Shown here piece after piece: positions 8,542 to 17,740 of a DNA stretch of 64,000 nucleotides. The notes under the pieces are model-generated. The model did not search any database. It saw only the letters and a program-made list of their open reading frames with translations, and was not told where the DNA came from. The translations under genes were made by a program, and so were the position numbers. The first letter of the stretch is position 1, and each line of letters begins with the position of its first letter. The stretch spans positions 269,566 to 333,565 of the forward strand of contig JAAXWF010000002.1 of the NCBI GenBank assembly GCA_013335095.1. The letters run 5' to 3'. The DNA comes from a candidate division WWE3 bacterium. GTDB lineage: Bacteria > Patescibacteriota > 4484-211 > GCA-002791395.

Positions 8542-10254
8542 TCAAGAAAATAATGATGAATTAAGCGAAGTTACACCTTTTATTGTCTGCATACCTTTAA
8601 TTGGCAACTTAATATAAAACGTTGTACCCTTATTAACTTTGGATTCAAACCAAATCGATCCACCAGTATGATCAAGGATCGACTTTACGATATAGAGTCC
8701 AAGACCAGTACCATCCGCTTCAACATCACGAGCATTATCGGCACGAAATAGTTTGGTAAAAATTTTATTTTTTTGTTTTTCAGGAATTCCAATCCCTTGA
8801 TCAGCAATGGCAATAATGACATCTTGATCTTGGATAGAAACTGATATGTCTATCGTACTTTGATCAGGACTATACTTAATTGCATTGGTAATAATATTTT
8901 GTAAAATTATCGCCATAAGCTGTTGATCAAGCATAATATCGGGCAATGAATCAGGATATGATTCTTTAATACGAGCGTGATGAGATTTTATAAACGGATC
9001 AAGCAGCACAACTAAGTCATGCAATAACTGTCGAAGATTTAACTTGATCGGATCAACAGAAAATGTACCCATTTCAATTCGAGAAACATTCAGAAGAGCA
9101 CTCACTAAGTTAGTCATACGTTGATTCCCTTTGCATATCTCTAATAAAAATGTGCGTTGTTCGTCGTTTAATGAGCCGGCATTCTGATTTAAAAGTAACT
9201 CGGTATACCAATTTATGGTTGATAAAGGAGTCCGCAGCTGATGAGATGCTAGCGAAACAAATTCACTTTTTGCTTTATCAATCGCTATCTCCCTAGCGAC
9301 ATCACGAATAATGATTGCGACACCAATGATATCTTCCGACATATGTATAGGCGAAACCGTTGCCGCGACTGGAAAAACCTTACCATCTTTGCCGGTGTAA
9401 TAATAGGGATGATAAATGGGCGTACTACTCCCTTCTTTTTGTTTAAGCGCACGGGTTATCATTTCTGATTCAACAGAGCTGGACCGATTATGATCATTAA
9501 CAGGAGTAACACAATCTGGCCAAATTTGGCCCATTAGTTCATCATTTGAATAACCAGTAGCTTCGGTTACTACTTTATTAGCCATGATTACATGGCGTGA
9601 AGTATCAAGCACAACTAATCCATCACCGATATTATGCAAGATCGCCTCATCCTTTGCTTTCTCTTCGGCAAGCTTCTTTTTTTCCTCCAGTAAATTTTTC
9701 TCTAAACGAGTTCGTTCTTGAAGAGCAACGCTTAACATTTCTGAGTTAATCTCTAATTCAGCCCATTTTGCGAAATTCATTAATATTTCAATGTCCTCGT
9801 CGGTAGGAGTTCTTGGCTGTACGTCTTTAATACAAAAAACCCCAACACGGCTACCATCGGCGGCATAGAGTGGAACGCCCGCATAAAAACGAATGTTAGG
9901 AGCACTAATTACCATCGGGTTATCACGGAACCGCTCATCCTTGAGTGTATCGGGAATTATCATGACGCCTTCACTAAGTAATGCGTGACCACAAAAAGAG
10001 ATTGCGCGATCTTTCTCCTGAGAATCAACACCCTGGCATGATTTATACCATTCGCGACTAGTATCGATTATCGTAATTGTTGAGATCGGGGCATGAAATA
10101 CACTCGTAGCTGTTTTTGTTATTCGATCAAACCGTTCTTCGGGGGGAGTGTCCAAAATATTCAACGCATGAACAGATGCAATGCGCGTTGCTTCATTGGC
10201 AGGAATCGGGGCCTTTTGCATAGGGTATAAGCATAGTATGAATTTTTTACTCAA
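8542..10254 (-). CDS. Sensor histidine kinase, cytoplasmic, GAF + coiled-coil + PAS + HisKA + HATPase
   Basis: The H-box reads ASHQLRTPLSTINWYTELL. The N, G1 and G2 boxes are NAIKYSPD, DQGIGIP and GTGLGLYIVKSI. An N-terminal GAF-like region is followed by a long EEKKKLAEEKAK coiled coil. No TM segment or adjacent response regulator was found. Confidence 0.85.
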   Translation of the reverse strand: MSKKFILCLYPMQKAPIPANEATRIASVHALNILDTPPEERFDRITKTATSVFHAPISTITIIDTSREWYKSCQGVDSQEKDRAISFCGHALLSEGVMIIPDTLKDERFRDNPMVISAPNIRFYAGVPLYAADGSRVGVFCIKDVQPRTPTDEDIEILMNFAKWAELEINSEMLSVALQERTRLEKNLLEEKKKLAEEKAKDEAILHNIGDGLVVLDTSRHVIMANKVVTEATGYSNDELMGQIWPDCVTPVNDHNRSSSVESEMITRALKQKEGSSTPIYHPYYYTGKDGKVFPVAATVSPIHMSEDIIGVAIIIRDVAREIAIDKAKSEFVSLASHQLRTPLSTINWYTELLLNQNAGSLNDEQRTFLLEICKGNQRMTNLVSALLNVSRIEMGTFSVDPIKLNLRQLLHDLVVLLDPFIKSHHARIKESYPDSLPDIMLDQQLMAIILQNIITNAIKYSPDQSTIDISVSIQDQDVIIAIADQGIGIPEKQKNKIFTKLFRADNARDVEADGTGLGLYIVKSILDHTGGSIWFESKVNKGTTFYIKLPIKGMQTIKGVTSLNSSLFS

Positions 10255-10274
10255 ATGTAAAGATGCGCAAACCA

Positions 10275-10313
10275 GCCTATAGCTATTGCCTTTTTTATAT
10301 AACGTATTAAAAT
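10275..10313 (+). promoter_or_regulatory. Degenerate copy of the cccatagcRtttgact promoter module
   Basis: cctatagctattgcct-ttttttatata..tattaa parallels 22298..22340. It lies upstream of the small ORF at 10346. Confidence 0.25.
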
Positions 10314-10345
10314 ATCAGAATATCCTTATGTGAGGAGGTGTTATC

Positions 10346-10675
10346 GTGTCTCTACACCCGGAAACGCCCGAAGGTTCGGCGGTACTCGCTCTTCGAATAC
10401 GGTACGAATCTCGCCGAGGGACCTGGCGGGATCTGTCAAGACCGATCACCCTTGGGGAATTGGCCATTGTCCCAGTTTCATGGTTTCTCATGATTTTGGG
10501 CGGTGCTCAACTCTTAACGGTTTGGGGTGAATTAAGCTTTCTATTATTTCCATCGTACGTGGAATTATGGATTGCTTCATTAAGCCTGCTCATTGTTGTC
10601 GGAATTCCGGCAGCGACACTAGCGCATATCGTGGTAAGACTTTTTGCCCGATTCGGTGGAAAAGAACTCTTTTAG
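10346..10675 (+). CDS. Hypothetical small membrane protein (GTG start)
   Basis: A 109-aa ORF with an AGGAGGTG RBS and two or three hydrophobic helices. The alternative frame 10330..10530 was judged less likely. Confidence 0.4.
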   Translation: MSLHPETPEGSAVLALRIRYESRRGTWRDLSRPITLGELAIVPVSWFLMILGGAQLLTVWGELSFLLFPSYVELWIASLSLLIVVGIPAATLAHIVVRLFARFGGKELF

Positions 10676-10695
10676 ACAAACCAAGATACATAATA

Positions 10696-10730
10696 AAGCG
10701 TATGGTCACTCAAAATGTGACTATACGCTT
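10696..10730 (+). terminator. Hairpin terminator
   Basis: The inverted repeat is AAGCGTAT-g-GTCAC (loop tcaaaat) GTGAC-t-ATACGCTT. Confidence 0.45.
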
Positions 10731-10789
10731 ACAATAATTCATCAATTGTTATTGGACGTAATTAAATATGAGTACTATTATATTTACAG

Positions 10790-12634
10790 ATGAATTTAAA
10801 TAAACCCGCGCCACCAATAGCATGGATCAGCGTAGTGTTCGCGAGTACAACGGTGGCATTGTTTTTATCTATTGCAACGCTAACCAATCCAACCCTTCCT
10901 CAATTTGGTCAAATAAATAAACCTTCACAATCTCAAGCAGCAACAACAATTACCGTTTCAGTCGATCCAAATCAGACTATTGCTCAATTTAAACCGGGCA
11001 TGCGCGGAATTGATTTCGTAAACTGGGAGCACAGCTGGGGAAGTAAGCCCTTTGTAAATGAAGTACCTGGATTAGTTCAAGCCATCAAAGAAATTAACCC
11101 AGGCTTACTTCGATATGCAGGCGGATTATGGGCAAATAGTGTGGGATTTGAACGATCAGCTCAAAAGCGCCCATATACCGAATGGACGCATAACGGCATG
11201 ACGTATTATTTTCACTACGGTACGGACGAATTAGACAGCCTTGCCAAATTTGCTAAAGCAGTAAATGCCGACACGATGATTCAAGTTAATGTATCAAACA
11301 ATGACCCTTCAATGTGGGCAGATATGGTTAAGTACACTAATAGCGAAAAAGGATACGGCTTTAAATATTGGGAGCTCGGAAATGAATTAGACTTAAACGA
11401 AGACACAAACATCTCACCAACCGTCTATGCACAAAGATTTGCCGCTTATTACAAAGCGATGATCGCAATGGATTCATCGATAAAATTACGCGGCCCAGCG
11501 GTAGCCTTTGCGATACAACAAGATGACTCAAACAGCATTATTAGCCCGAACCTTAGTAGTCTTCCTAAACTTATCAAAGATAACGGCGGACAGATGGAGG
11601 GAATGACCTGGCATTGGTATCAGGGATGTAATCTTGGTTCATACACCGATCCATTACTCTGGACATGGGATTCAACTGTTCCTGATAATTCTTGGCGTAA
11701 TGCGTATGTCCGAAAATGGTCGACACTCATGCCTTCGCGTTTGGACCGAGAAGTACTAACACCAGCCGGTGGAATGAACCAAGGTGTAACTGAATTAAAT
11801 GTCGATGCATGTAATTATGACAACCCGATGAATGGTAATCATATTGGGGCGTTGTGGTTAGCCGATGTACTCGGAAGGTTAGCAGCAAATGGTACAGATT
11901 TTGTGACTATGTATGATGCGTATGGGGTGCAAGCCTACTCACTCCTATATCCAGATGCAGGTGATTTCCCAAGTCGCATCGATGCCCGACCTACTTACTA
12001 CACGTATATCATGTACGCTCGCTATTTTGGAGACCAAATGGTTCGGACAACAACAAGTAACGAAAGTACATTATCGGTATGGGCGAGCAAAAAAACATCA
12101 GAGCCAAATAAGTTATATGTGATGGGTGTAAATCTAAGTGGAGATACCGTAACTAGTCCGATGACGTTTACCACCTCAGTGAGCAATGGGAAATCATACA
12201 CCATGAAGAGTAATAACCCAACCAATATTTCTGATGCAAGTATGACCACGGGAGCGACGACCACGATTAATGGAATCAAAATTGATGCGATGGATGTAAC
12301 CAACAGCTTGGCTAAAATTCAACCGACCTCAGTATCTGCTACAGGAACCTCAATAAGTTATTCGTTCCCGGCATATTCGGTAACTTCGCTTGTTTTTGAT
12401 ATTGGAGGGAGTTCGACCAATCCGACTCCTACACCAACAACAAATCCATCTCAAACGGCTGATATCAATCAAGATGGTGTGGTTAACGTATTTGATCTAG
12501 GAATTCTGGCAGCTCGTTATGGCATGACGATTACCGCCTCATCAACAGCACTTGATCGACGTTGTGATATGAATCAGGATAATACAATAAACGTCTTTGA
12601 TCTTGGTATTTTAGTTGGCCAATACCGTTCATAA
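10790..12634 (+). CDS. Secreted clan GH-A glycoside hydrolase with a Thr/Pro linker and a C-terminal type I dockerin
   Basis: It has an N-terminal signal-anchor. LRYAGGLWAN and YWELGNELD motifs are typical of clan A (beta/alpha)8 hydrolases (GH5/30/39/79-like). A TNPTPTPTTNP linker follows. Two dockerin calcium-binding repeats are present: DINQDGVVNVFDLGILAARYG and DMNQDNTINVFDLGILVGQY. Confidence 0.6.
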   Translation: MNLNKPAPPIAWISVVFASTTVALFLSIATLTNPTLPQFGQINKPSQSQAATTITVSVDPNQTIAQFKPGMRGIDFVNWEHSWGSKPFVNEVPGLVQAIKEINPGLLRYAGGLWANSVGFERSAQKRPYTEWTHNGMTYYFHYGTDELDSLAKFAKAVNADTMIQVNVSNNDPSMWADMVKYTNSEKGYGFKYWELGNELDLNEDTNISPTVYAQRFAAYYKAMIAMDSSIKLRGPAVAFAIQQDDSNSIISPNLSSLPKLIKDNGGQMEGMTWHWYQGCNLGSYTDPLLWTWDSTVPDNSWRNAYVRKWSTLMPSRLDREVLTPAGGMNQGVTELNVDACNYDNPMNGNHIGALWLADVLGRLAANGTDFVTMYDAYGVQAYSLLYPDAGDFPSRIDARPTYYTYIMYARYFGDQMVRTTTSNESTLSVWASKKTSEPNKLYVMGVNLSGDTVTSPMTFTTSVSNGKSYTMKSNNPTNISDASMTTGATTTINGIKIDAMDVTNSLAKIQPTSVSATGTSISYSFPAYSVTSLVFDIGGSSTNPTPTPTTNPSQTADINQDGVVNVFDLGILAARYGMTITASSTALDRRCDMNQDNTINVFDLGILVGQYRS

Positions 12635-12672
12635 CCCATAGCATTTGACTTTCATATTTTCTACGATACAAT
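12633..12672 (+). promoter_or_regulatory. Promoter module aacccatagcatttgact (-35 TTGACT, 16 nt, -10 TACAAT), copy 1
   Basis: Near-identical modules occur at 13172 and 22297. It abuts the stop codon of the upstream gene and precedes a GGAGG RBS and the ATG at 12720. Confidence 0.5.
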
Positions 12673-12719
12673 TACTATGCCAATATTGGTGATTCGGAAG
12701 CATCTACGGAGGTCATCCT

Positions 12720-13109
12720 ATGGATCAGCGCCAGAAGGTGCACGGCCCGTATCTAGGGGTCAGCATGATCGTCGTCAGCAACCAGCTGAATACAGCGGCG
12801 GTCACCAGGGTCAACTCAGATACGATTGATATCCTAGTCGCCGGAGCCACCCAGCACGTCTGGGTCGATACTTCGGGAACTGTGCTTTTTATCAATAAAG
12901 CATTCGTTCCCGAGGAACAGAGCCAGATCACGAGTACCGTGACTATTACCGACAACGCCGTCGTTACAATGGTGGCCGGGATAAACACCGGCACCATCGC
13001 CGCGAACTTCGACGGGGAGAGGATGACGGAAGCGCACATAACTGCCGCACCTCCGCCCTATACAATCACGATCCATTGCCCAGCGCATGTGATTGTGCGA
13101 TACGCATAG
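12720..13109 (+). CDS. Hypothetical protein (GC-rich)
   Basis: A 129-aa ORF with a GGAGG RBS and a dedicated consensus-like promoter. Overlapping antisense ORFs are attributed to high GC content. Confidence 0.45.
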   Translation: MDQRQKVHGPYLGVSMIVVSNQLNTAAVTRVNSDTIDILVAGATQHVWVDTSGTVLFINKAFVPEEQSQITSTVTITDNAVVTMVAGINTGTIAANFDGERMTEAHITAAPPPYTITIHCPAHVIVRYA

Positions 13110-13143
13110 TCTATAGTGACATGTCCTAGTCTCATTAATCACG

Positions 13144-13167
13144 ACGAGGTCCTTAATTGGACCTCGT
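13144..13167 (+). terminator. Hairpin (9-bp stem ACGAGGTCC / GGACCTCGT, 6-nt loop)
   Basis: A perfect inverted repeat lies 35 nt after the stop of 12720..13109. Its U-tract is weak. Confidence 0.4.
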
Positions 13168-13171
13168 TTAA

Positions 13172-13211
13172 TCCCATAGCATTTGACTAATCTAAATAAA
13201 TCCGGTATGAT
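13172..13211 (+). promoter_or_regulatory. Promoter module tcccatagcatttgact (-35 TTGACT, 17 nt, -10 TATGAT), copy 2
   Basis: The same 16-mer as at 12635 lies directly after the hairpin and precedes the ORF at 13359 with an AAGGAG RBS. Confidence 0.5.
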
Positions 13212-13358
13212 TGAAATCACAATTTAGCTTCTATTGGTTTATATAAACCAGTAGCGGTTGCATACATAAGACAGTCCAGTCTTGTGCCCACAAACGGAAG
13301 TTTGTTGACATAATACCGGGCTGTTTTTTTTGGCACCTACCACCTTAAGGAGATCGCT

Positions 13359-13784
13359 ATGCGAATCGTCACGTCATTTAGCCAGGTCGTTGCGTTAGTC
13401 GAAGAAGAAACGGCCATCGTTGCCGTGTGCTGGTTTTTCGACTCACAAGGGTTTGATCCGATCTTTGCTCTATGCACGGTCGAAGATGTTGCCCGCATCG
13501 ATCAAATAGCGTTGCTCAAATGGAATGATCAGATCATTCCGGCAGAGGATCTATTTGACCCGGAGCATCTCCATAGCGACTATTTCTTCGTCGGTCCAAA
13601 GCGGATCTTCGATAACCGGGAGTGGCTTGCCCCAATCGAAGAATTGCGCCACCGAGCGATAGCTATCGATCCTGTGTACGATGAAGCATATCGACGGCCA
13701 ATTAACTGGCGCCACCTTGATAACAGCCCTCCCAGCGGGTCAACCAACCTGGGAAACCCGGGCGGCACGACGTACTGCTACTAA
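13359..13784 (+). CDS. Hypothetical protein (GC-rich)
   Basis: A 141-aa ORF with an AAGGAG RBS. No family was recognised. Confidence 0.45.
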   Translation: MRIVTSFSQVVALVEEETAIVAVCWFFDSQGFDPIFALCTVEDVARIDQIALLKWNDQIIPAEDLFDPEHLHSDYFFVGPKRIFDNREWLAPIEELRHRAIAIDPVYDEAYRRPINWRHLDNSPPSGSTNLGNPGGTTYCY

Positions 13785-13811
13785 AGCGACGTCCATACCG
13801 TCATAACCCAA

Positions 13812-13846
13812 GCCTCGGTGTTTACTCATCGAGGCCTCATTTTTTC
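13812..13846 (+). terminator. Hairpin plus T-tract terminator
   Basis: The stem GCCTCG ... CGAGGC (overlapping a GAGGCCTC palindrome) is followed by TTTTTT. Confidence 0.45.
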
Positions 13847-13908
13847 GAGATAACTTCTAACAATACTTTTTAGTTATAAAACTTGGTATTATGTAAATAC
13901 ACACCCCT

Positions 13909-15159
13909 ATGAAAAAGATTCTCATTTGGCTGATAATAATTGCAGGTTTAATTGGTGGTGGGGTTTATTACTATATGAGTAGACCCAAGCCAGTTACGAC
14001 GTATGATTTTGGAACTGTAGAGCTTGGTTCGATTGTAAAAACGGTCAGTGAATCTGGTGAAGCATTCATCAGCGATCAGTATCCGATCAACGCGACGATA
14101 ACTGGCGTTATTGATGAATTATTCATTAAAAATGGAGATAGTGTAACTGCAGGTCAGAAATTACTTACTATAAAAAGTACCGCGACTGATGATGACCGTA
14201 AAGCCGCCGAGACAACCTTACTAAGCGCTCAATCAAATCTTAATTTAGCTGAACAAAATAAATATAATTACCAAATCCAACTCGAACAGGCTAAAAAAGA
14301 TTTACGCAATGCCGAAGAGGCGATCGTTCAAATGAATAATCACCTTGGAGATAATAAAATTAACCCGGCCACAGGAAAGCAATACACTCAGTTAGAGATC
14401 GATAACATTTATGCGACTCGGGATGTAGCAAAGTTGAATAAAACAACAGCAGAACAGCGATATAAAGATGCAGATCTTTCGATTAAAGCGGCGCAAGGTT
14501 CGGTTAGCAATGCAGAAACAAACCTAAACAAACTAAAGGCGGCAACGATAAACGCTCCAGTAGGAGGACAGATATCAAACCTTACAGTCGGACGGGGTGA
14601 CTATGTTTCGGCCACCACAACCGCTATTAGCGCAGTAGGCTCGGCATCCACCCCACTTTTATACATACTTCCCAGCACCGATATTTTAATCAAAGCCCAA
14701 TACAATGAAGTAGATGCGGCCCTAATAACACCTGGTCAAAATGCAACAATCACCGTAGACGCTCTTGCCAATGAAGAGTTTGCCGGACATGTTGATCGTA
14801 TCGACACAATTGGAACAAAAACGCAAGGAGTTGTTAGCTATACAGTATATTTAAAGTTGAATGCTGAGGATAAGCGTATCCGTCCGAGTATGACTACAGT
14901 TGTAGAAATTGAGGTTGCGCGTAAAGATCAAGCGTTAACGGTGGCAACGTCTGCGGTTAGACCATATCAAAATGGTTTGGCTCTAATGCAACTGCAAGAA
15001 GATGGAACAATTACATACTTACCGATAAAAACCGGTATTACGGATGGGAGTAAAACCGAAATAATATCAGGAGTAACCCAAGGTACAAAAATTATTACAA
15101 AGGTCAACGAGCCAGAGACTAATGGAGGTGGTTTGATTGCCCGACCATCGACAAATTAA
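13909..15159 (+). CDS. Periplasmic adaptor / membrane-fusion protein (HlyD/MacA/YknX-like)
   Basis: An N-terminal TM anchor precedes a long coiled-coil segment and a beta-barrel C-terminal region. It is the first gene of an operon with the MacB-type ATPase and FtsX-type permease. Confidence 0.7.
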   Translation: MKKILIWLIIIAGLIGGGVYYYMSRPKPVTTYDFGTVELGSIVKTVSESGEAFISDQYPINATITGVIDELFIKNGDSVTAGQKLLTIKSTATDDDRKAAETTLLSAQSNLNLAEQNKYNYQIQLEQAKKDLRNAEEAIVQMNNHLGDNKINPATGKQYTQLEIDNIYATRDVAKLNKTTAEQRYKDADLSIKAAQGSVSNAETNLNKLKAATINAPVGGQISNLTVGRGDYVSATTTAISAVGSASTPLLYILPSTDILIKAQYNEVDAALITPGQNATITVDALANEEFAGHVDRIDTIGTKTQGVVSYTVYLKLNAEDKRIRPSMTTVVEIEVARKDQALTVATSAVRPYQNGLALMQLQEDGTITYLPIKTGITDGSKTEIISGVTQGTKIITKVNEPETNGGGLIARPSTN

Positions 15160-15853
15160 CCAGCCTTTAATCCAACTGAAGAATATCCATAAAAGTTATG
15201 ATATTGGTGAAGAAGAATTCAAAGCGTTAAAAGGCGTCGATTTAACGATTGAGAAAGGGGAGTTTGTCGCAATTATGGGACCATCCGGCAGCGGTAAATC
15301 GACCTTAATGCATATCATGGGAGCGCTAGATACGCCTTCAGAAGGAACGTACACCCTTAACGGAAAATCGATCGAGAGTCTAAAAGACGATGAATTAGCC
15401 GAGATTAGGAATAGACAAATAGGCTTTGTCTTTCAGTCGTTTAACTTATTGCCTCGGACATCTGTATATAAAAATGTCGAACGACCAATGATGTACGGTA
15501 ATATTCCGTCAAAGGAACGTCAAGAAAGAGTGATGAAAGCACTTTCATTAGTCGGACTTAATCAAAAAACACAAAATCTGTCGAACCAATTATCAGGTGG
15601 CCAAATCCAGCGAGTCGCCATTGCCCGGGCATTAGTTATGAATCCACCAATACTGCTTGCCGACGAACCGACAGGTAATTTAGATAGTAAAACATCTCAT
15701 GAAGTTATGAAATTTTTTCAGACGCTCAATAATCAAGGAAATACGATAATCGTAATAACTCATGAAGAAGACATTGCTCGCTTTACCAAACGTGTCGTAC
15801 GAATAAAAGACGGACTTATTGTCTCGGACGAAAGAATTAACCAAATATTATGA
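15137..15853 (+). CDS. ABC transporter ATP-binding protein (MacB/LolD/YknY-like)
   Basis: Walker [10 protein letters not shown], signature [15 protein letters not shown], Walker [12 protein letters not shown] and the H-loop ITHE are all present. Confidence 0.9.
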   Translation: MPDHRQINQPLIQLKNIHKSYDIGEEEFKALKGVDLTIEKGEFVAIMGPSGSGKSTLMHIMGALDTPSEGTYTLNGKSIESLKDDELAEIRNRQIGFVFQSFNLLPRTSVYKNVERPMMYGNIPSKERQERVMKALSLVGLNQKTQNLSNQLSGGQIQRVAIARALVMNPPILLADEPTGNLDSKTSHEVMKFFQTLNNQGNTIIVITHEEDIARFTKRVVRIKDGLIVSDERINQIL

Positions 15854-17064
15854 TCTTTATTGAAATATTTACTACCGCAATCCAGGCACTTCGCGGAAAC
15901 CTACTCCGGACATTACTAACTATGCTCGGCATTGTTATTGGTATAACATCGGTAATTCTCATTGTTTCACTGGGACAAGGAGCCACAGCGTCAATCACGA
16001 GTCAGATATCCTCTCTTGGGGTAAACCAAATCTATGTAGCACCAGGTTCACCAAATGATGATGCCTTTGAATCTACCGGAAATATGGATTCACTTTCTCT
16101 GGATGATACAAATCGATTATCTGAAGAATTAAGTGGAATTGATGCAGTATCGGCTTCAGTAAGTACTCGTTTATTAATTACAGCTAATGGTCAAAAAGTA
16201 AATGCTTCAGTTTTTGGTATCCAACCGGACTATCTTACCGTACAAACTCTGAGTATGAATCAAGGAATATTTATTGACGATAAAGACATCAATTCTCAAG
16301 GTCGTGTTGTTGTTCTGGGTCCAACGATTCGGGACAAATTATTTGGTGAAGGAGCTGATGTTGTCGGAACCCTTGTTCGTATAGATAATAAGCCGTTTCG
16401 AATTATTGGAGTCACCGAGCCTAAAGGTGGAAGCGCATTTTCAAACCCCGATGAATATGTGTATATCCCGATAACTACTGCAATGAAACAAGTTATAGGG
16501 ATAGATTATGTTCAAAGTATCGTTATCATAGCAACGGATCCGAATAACGTTGAATCAATTCAGGCAGATATAAAACAGATTTTACGAAGCGCTCACGGGA
16601 TAGCCGAAGGCCAACCGGCAGATTTCCAGATGTTTTCATCAAAGCAAGCACTTTCGACGGTTAATAATGTCACCGGCCTTCTTTCAACATTTCTGTCAGC
16701 AATAGCAGGGATATCACTTGTCGTTGGAGGGATTGGAATCATGAATATAATGCTTGTAACAGTGACCGAAAGAACCAGGGAAATAGGGTTGCTAAAGGCG
16801 ATTGGTGCTAAAAGACGTGATATTTTAACGCAATTCATTGCTGAGGCACTTGTATTAACGTTTTTAGGTGGAGTTATAGGTATTGTCTGCGGATATGGTT
16901 TGACCTTTATAGTTGCATCACTTATCAACATCCCATTAGTTATGAAGTTAAGTACAATTGGACTTGCTTTAGGGGTTGCAGCCGGAGTTGGATTACTCTT
17001 TGGTTATTATCCTGCGCAAAAAGCGGCTAAGCTAAATCCAATAGATGCACTAAGGTTTGAATAA
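15850..17064 (+). CDS. ABC transporter permease, FtsX/MacB family
   Basis: Four TM helices and a large extracytoplasmic domain fit the family. It overlaps the ATPase gene through an ATGA junction. Confidence 0.85.
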   Translation: MIFIEIFTTAIQALRGNLLRTLLTMLGIVIGITSVILIVSLGQGATASITSQISSLGVNQIYVAPGSPNDDAFESTGNMDSLSLDDTNRLSEELSGIDAVSASVSTRLLITANGQKVNASVFGIQPDYLTVQTLSMNQGIFIDDKDINSQGRVVVLGPTIRDKLFGEGADVVGTLVRIDNKPFRIIGVTEPKGGSAFSNPDEYVYIPITTAMKQVIGIDYVQSIVIIATDPNNVESIQADIKQILRSAHGIAEGQPADFQMFSSKQALSTVNNVTGLLSTFLSAIAGISLVVGGIGIMNIMLVTVTERTREIGLLKAIGAKRRDILTQFIAEALVLTFLGGVIGIVCGYGLTFIVASLINIPLVMKLSTIGLALGVAAGVGLLFGYYPAQKAAKLNPIDALRFE

Positions 17065-17087
17065 CTATTCCTAATTTGACTATAGAT

Positions 17088-17551
17088 TTATGTGTCGACT
17101 TTTGTACTTAAAAAAATCTTGCGTACGATTTCATTTTCACTGGACGAATTAACATACCCGTGAATAAGTAACTTATTTGATAATTGGACAGCTGAATTTT
17201 GAGGATCCGTTTCTAGAAAAAATGCAGTATAACCCGGATATCTAGCCGGACGAATAAGCGTACTTTGATATGAGTCAACCCTGATCGATTCTGTTTCCGA
17301 ATCTATAACGTCTGAGGGCAATGCCGAATAGGGACCAAAGTCATACATCAATCTAAAATCATTACAGTTAATTACGCCGACGTTCGAGTCAACTCCTTGG
17401 AGGAACTAGTTATTACAATGATCAGGCAACTCAACAGAGAATCCATCAAGTGATACGCGTCTCCAAGATGACCCCGAAGGTGTCACAGTGCGATTAGTAG
17501 TATCATCTAATATTGCGGACAGTTGTAACCGAATCGGGGGATCAGTTACCT
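17088..17551 (-). pseudogene. Possible gene remnant: reading frame interrupted by two in-frame TAG codons
   Basis: An 87-aa minus-strand ORF (17088..17351) continues upstream in the same frame through TAG at 17408 and a second TAG at 17552, with no ATG. The 676 bp between the convergent genes has no intact ORF. Confidence 0.25.
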
Positions 17552-17740
17552 AGTTATCTGGAATGGCAGAAATAGTGTCACGCATTTGCCAAAATGACCA
17601 CAGCCGAATGCTAGTACCAACGATTAAAAGTACAATTACGCTACCTTAGCTTATTGGTCAATTAATGAAACCCTTCTGAGCTGTTCCACAGCACTAATAG
17701 TAACAAAATCTGGATGATTATTTAAAAAAGTTCAAAACAA

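Noticed and set aside
10330-10530. Alternative 66-aa frame overlapping 10346..10675
   Set aside because: The longer GTG-initiated frame has the AGGAGGTG RBS and hydrophobic helices. The 66-aa frame is Arg/Gly-rich low complexity.
12633-13211. Possibility that the repeated cccatagcatttgact elements are a CRISPR array or terminal repeats of an IS element
   Set aside because: There are only two to three copies at irregular spacing (about 540 bp and then 9 kb). They are direct, not inverted, and each is positioned as a sigma-70-like -35 with a matching -10. No transposase or cas gene is nearby, so a promoter reading is preferred.
12725-13220. Two long antisense ORFs (104 and 128 aa) overlapping 12720..13109
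   Set aside because: They are the typical by-product of GC-rich sequence. Only the plus-strand ORF has a GGAGG RBS and a consensus promoter upstream.
17408-17554. In-frame TAG codons as evidence of stop-codon reassignment
   Set aside because: TAG, TGA and TAA each terminate confidently identified genes in the window (the GH1 and pheS TAG stops; the ABC exporter TGA stop). The standard code applies, so the interrupted frame is better read as gene decay.
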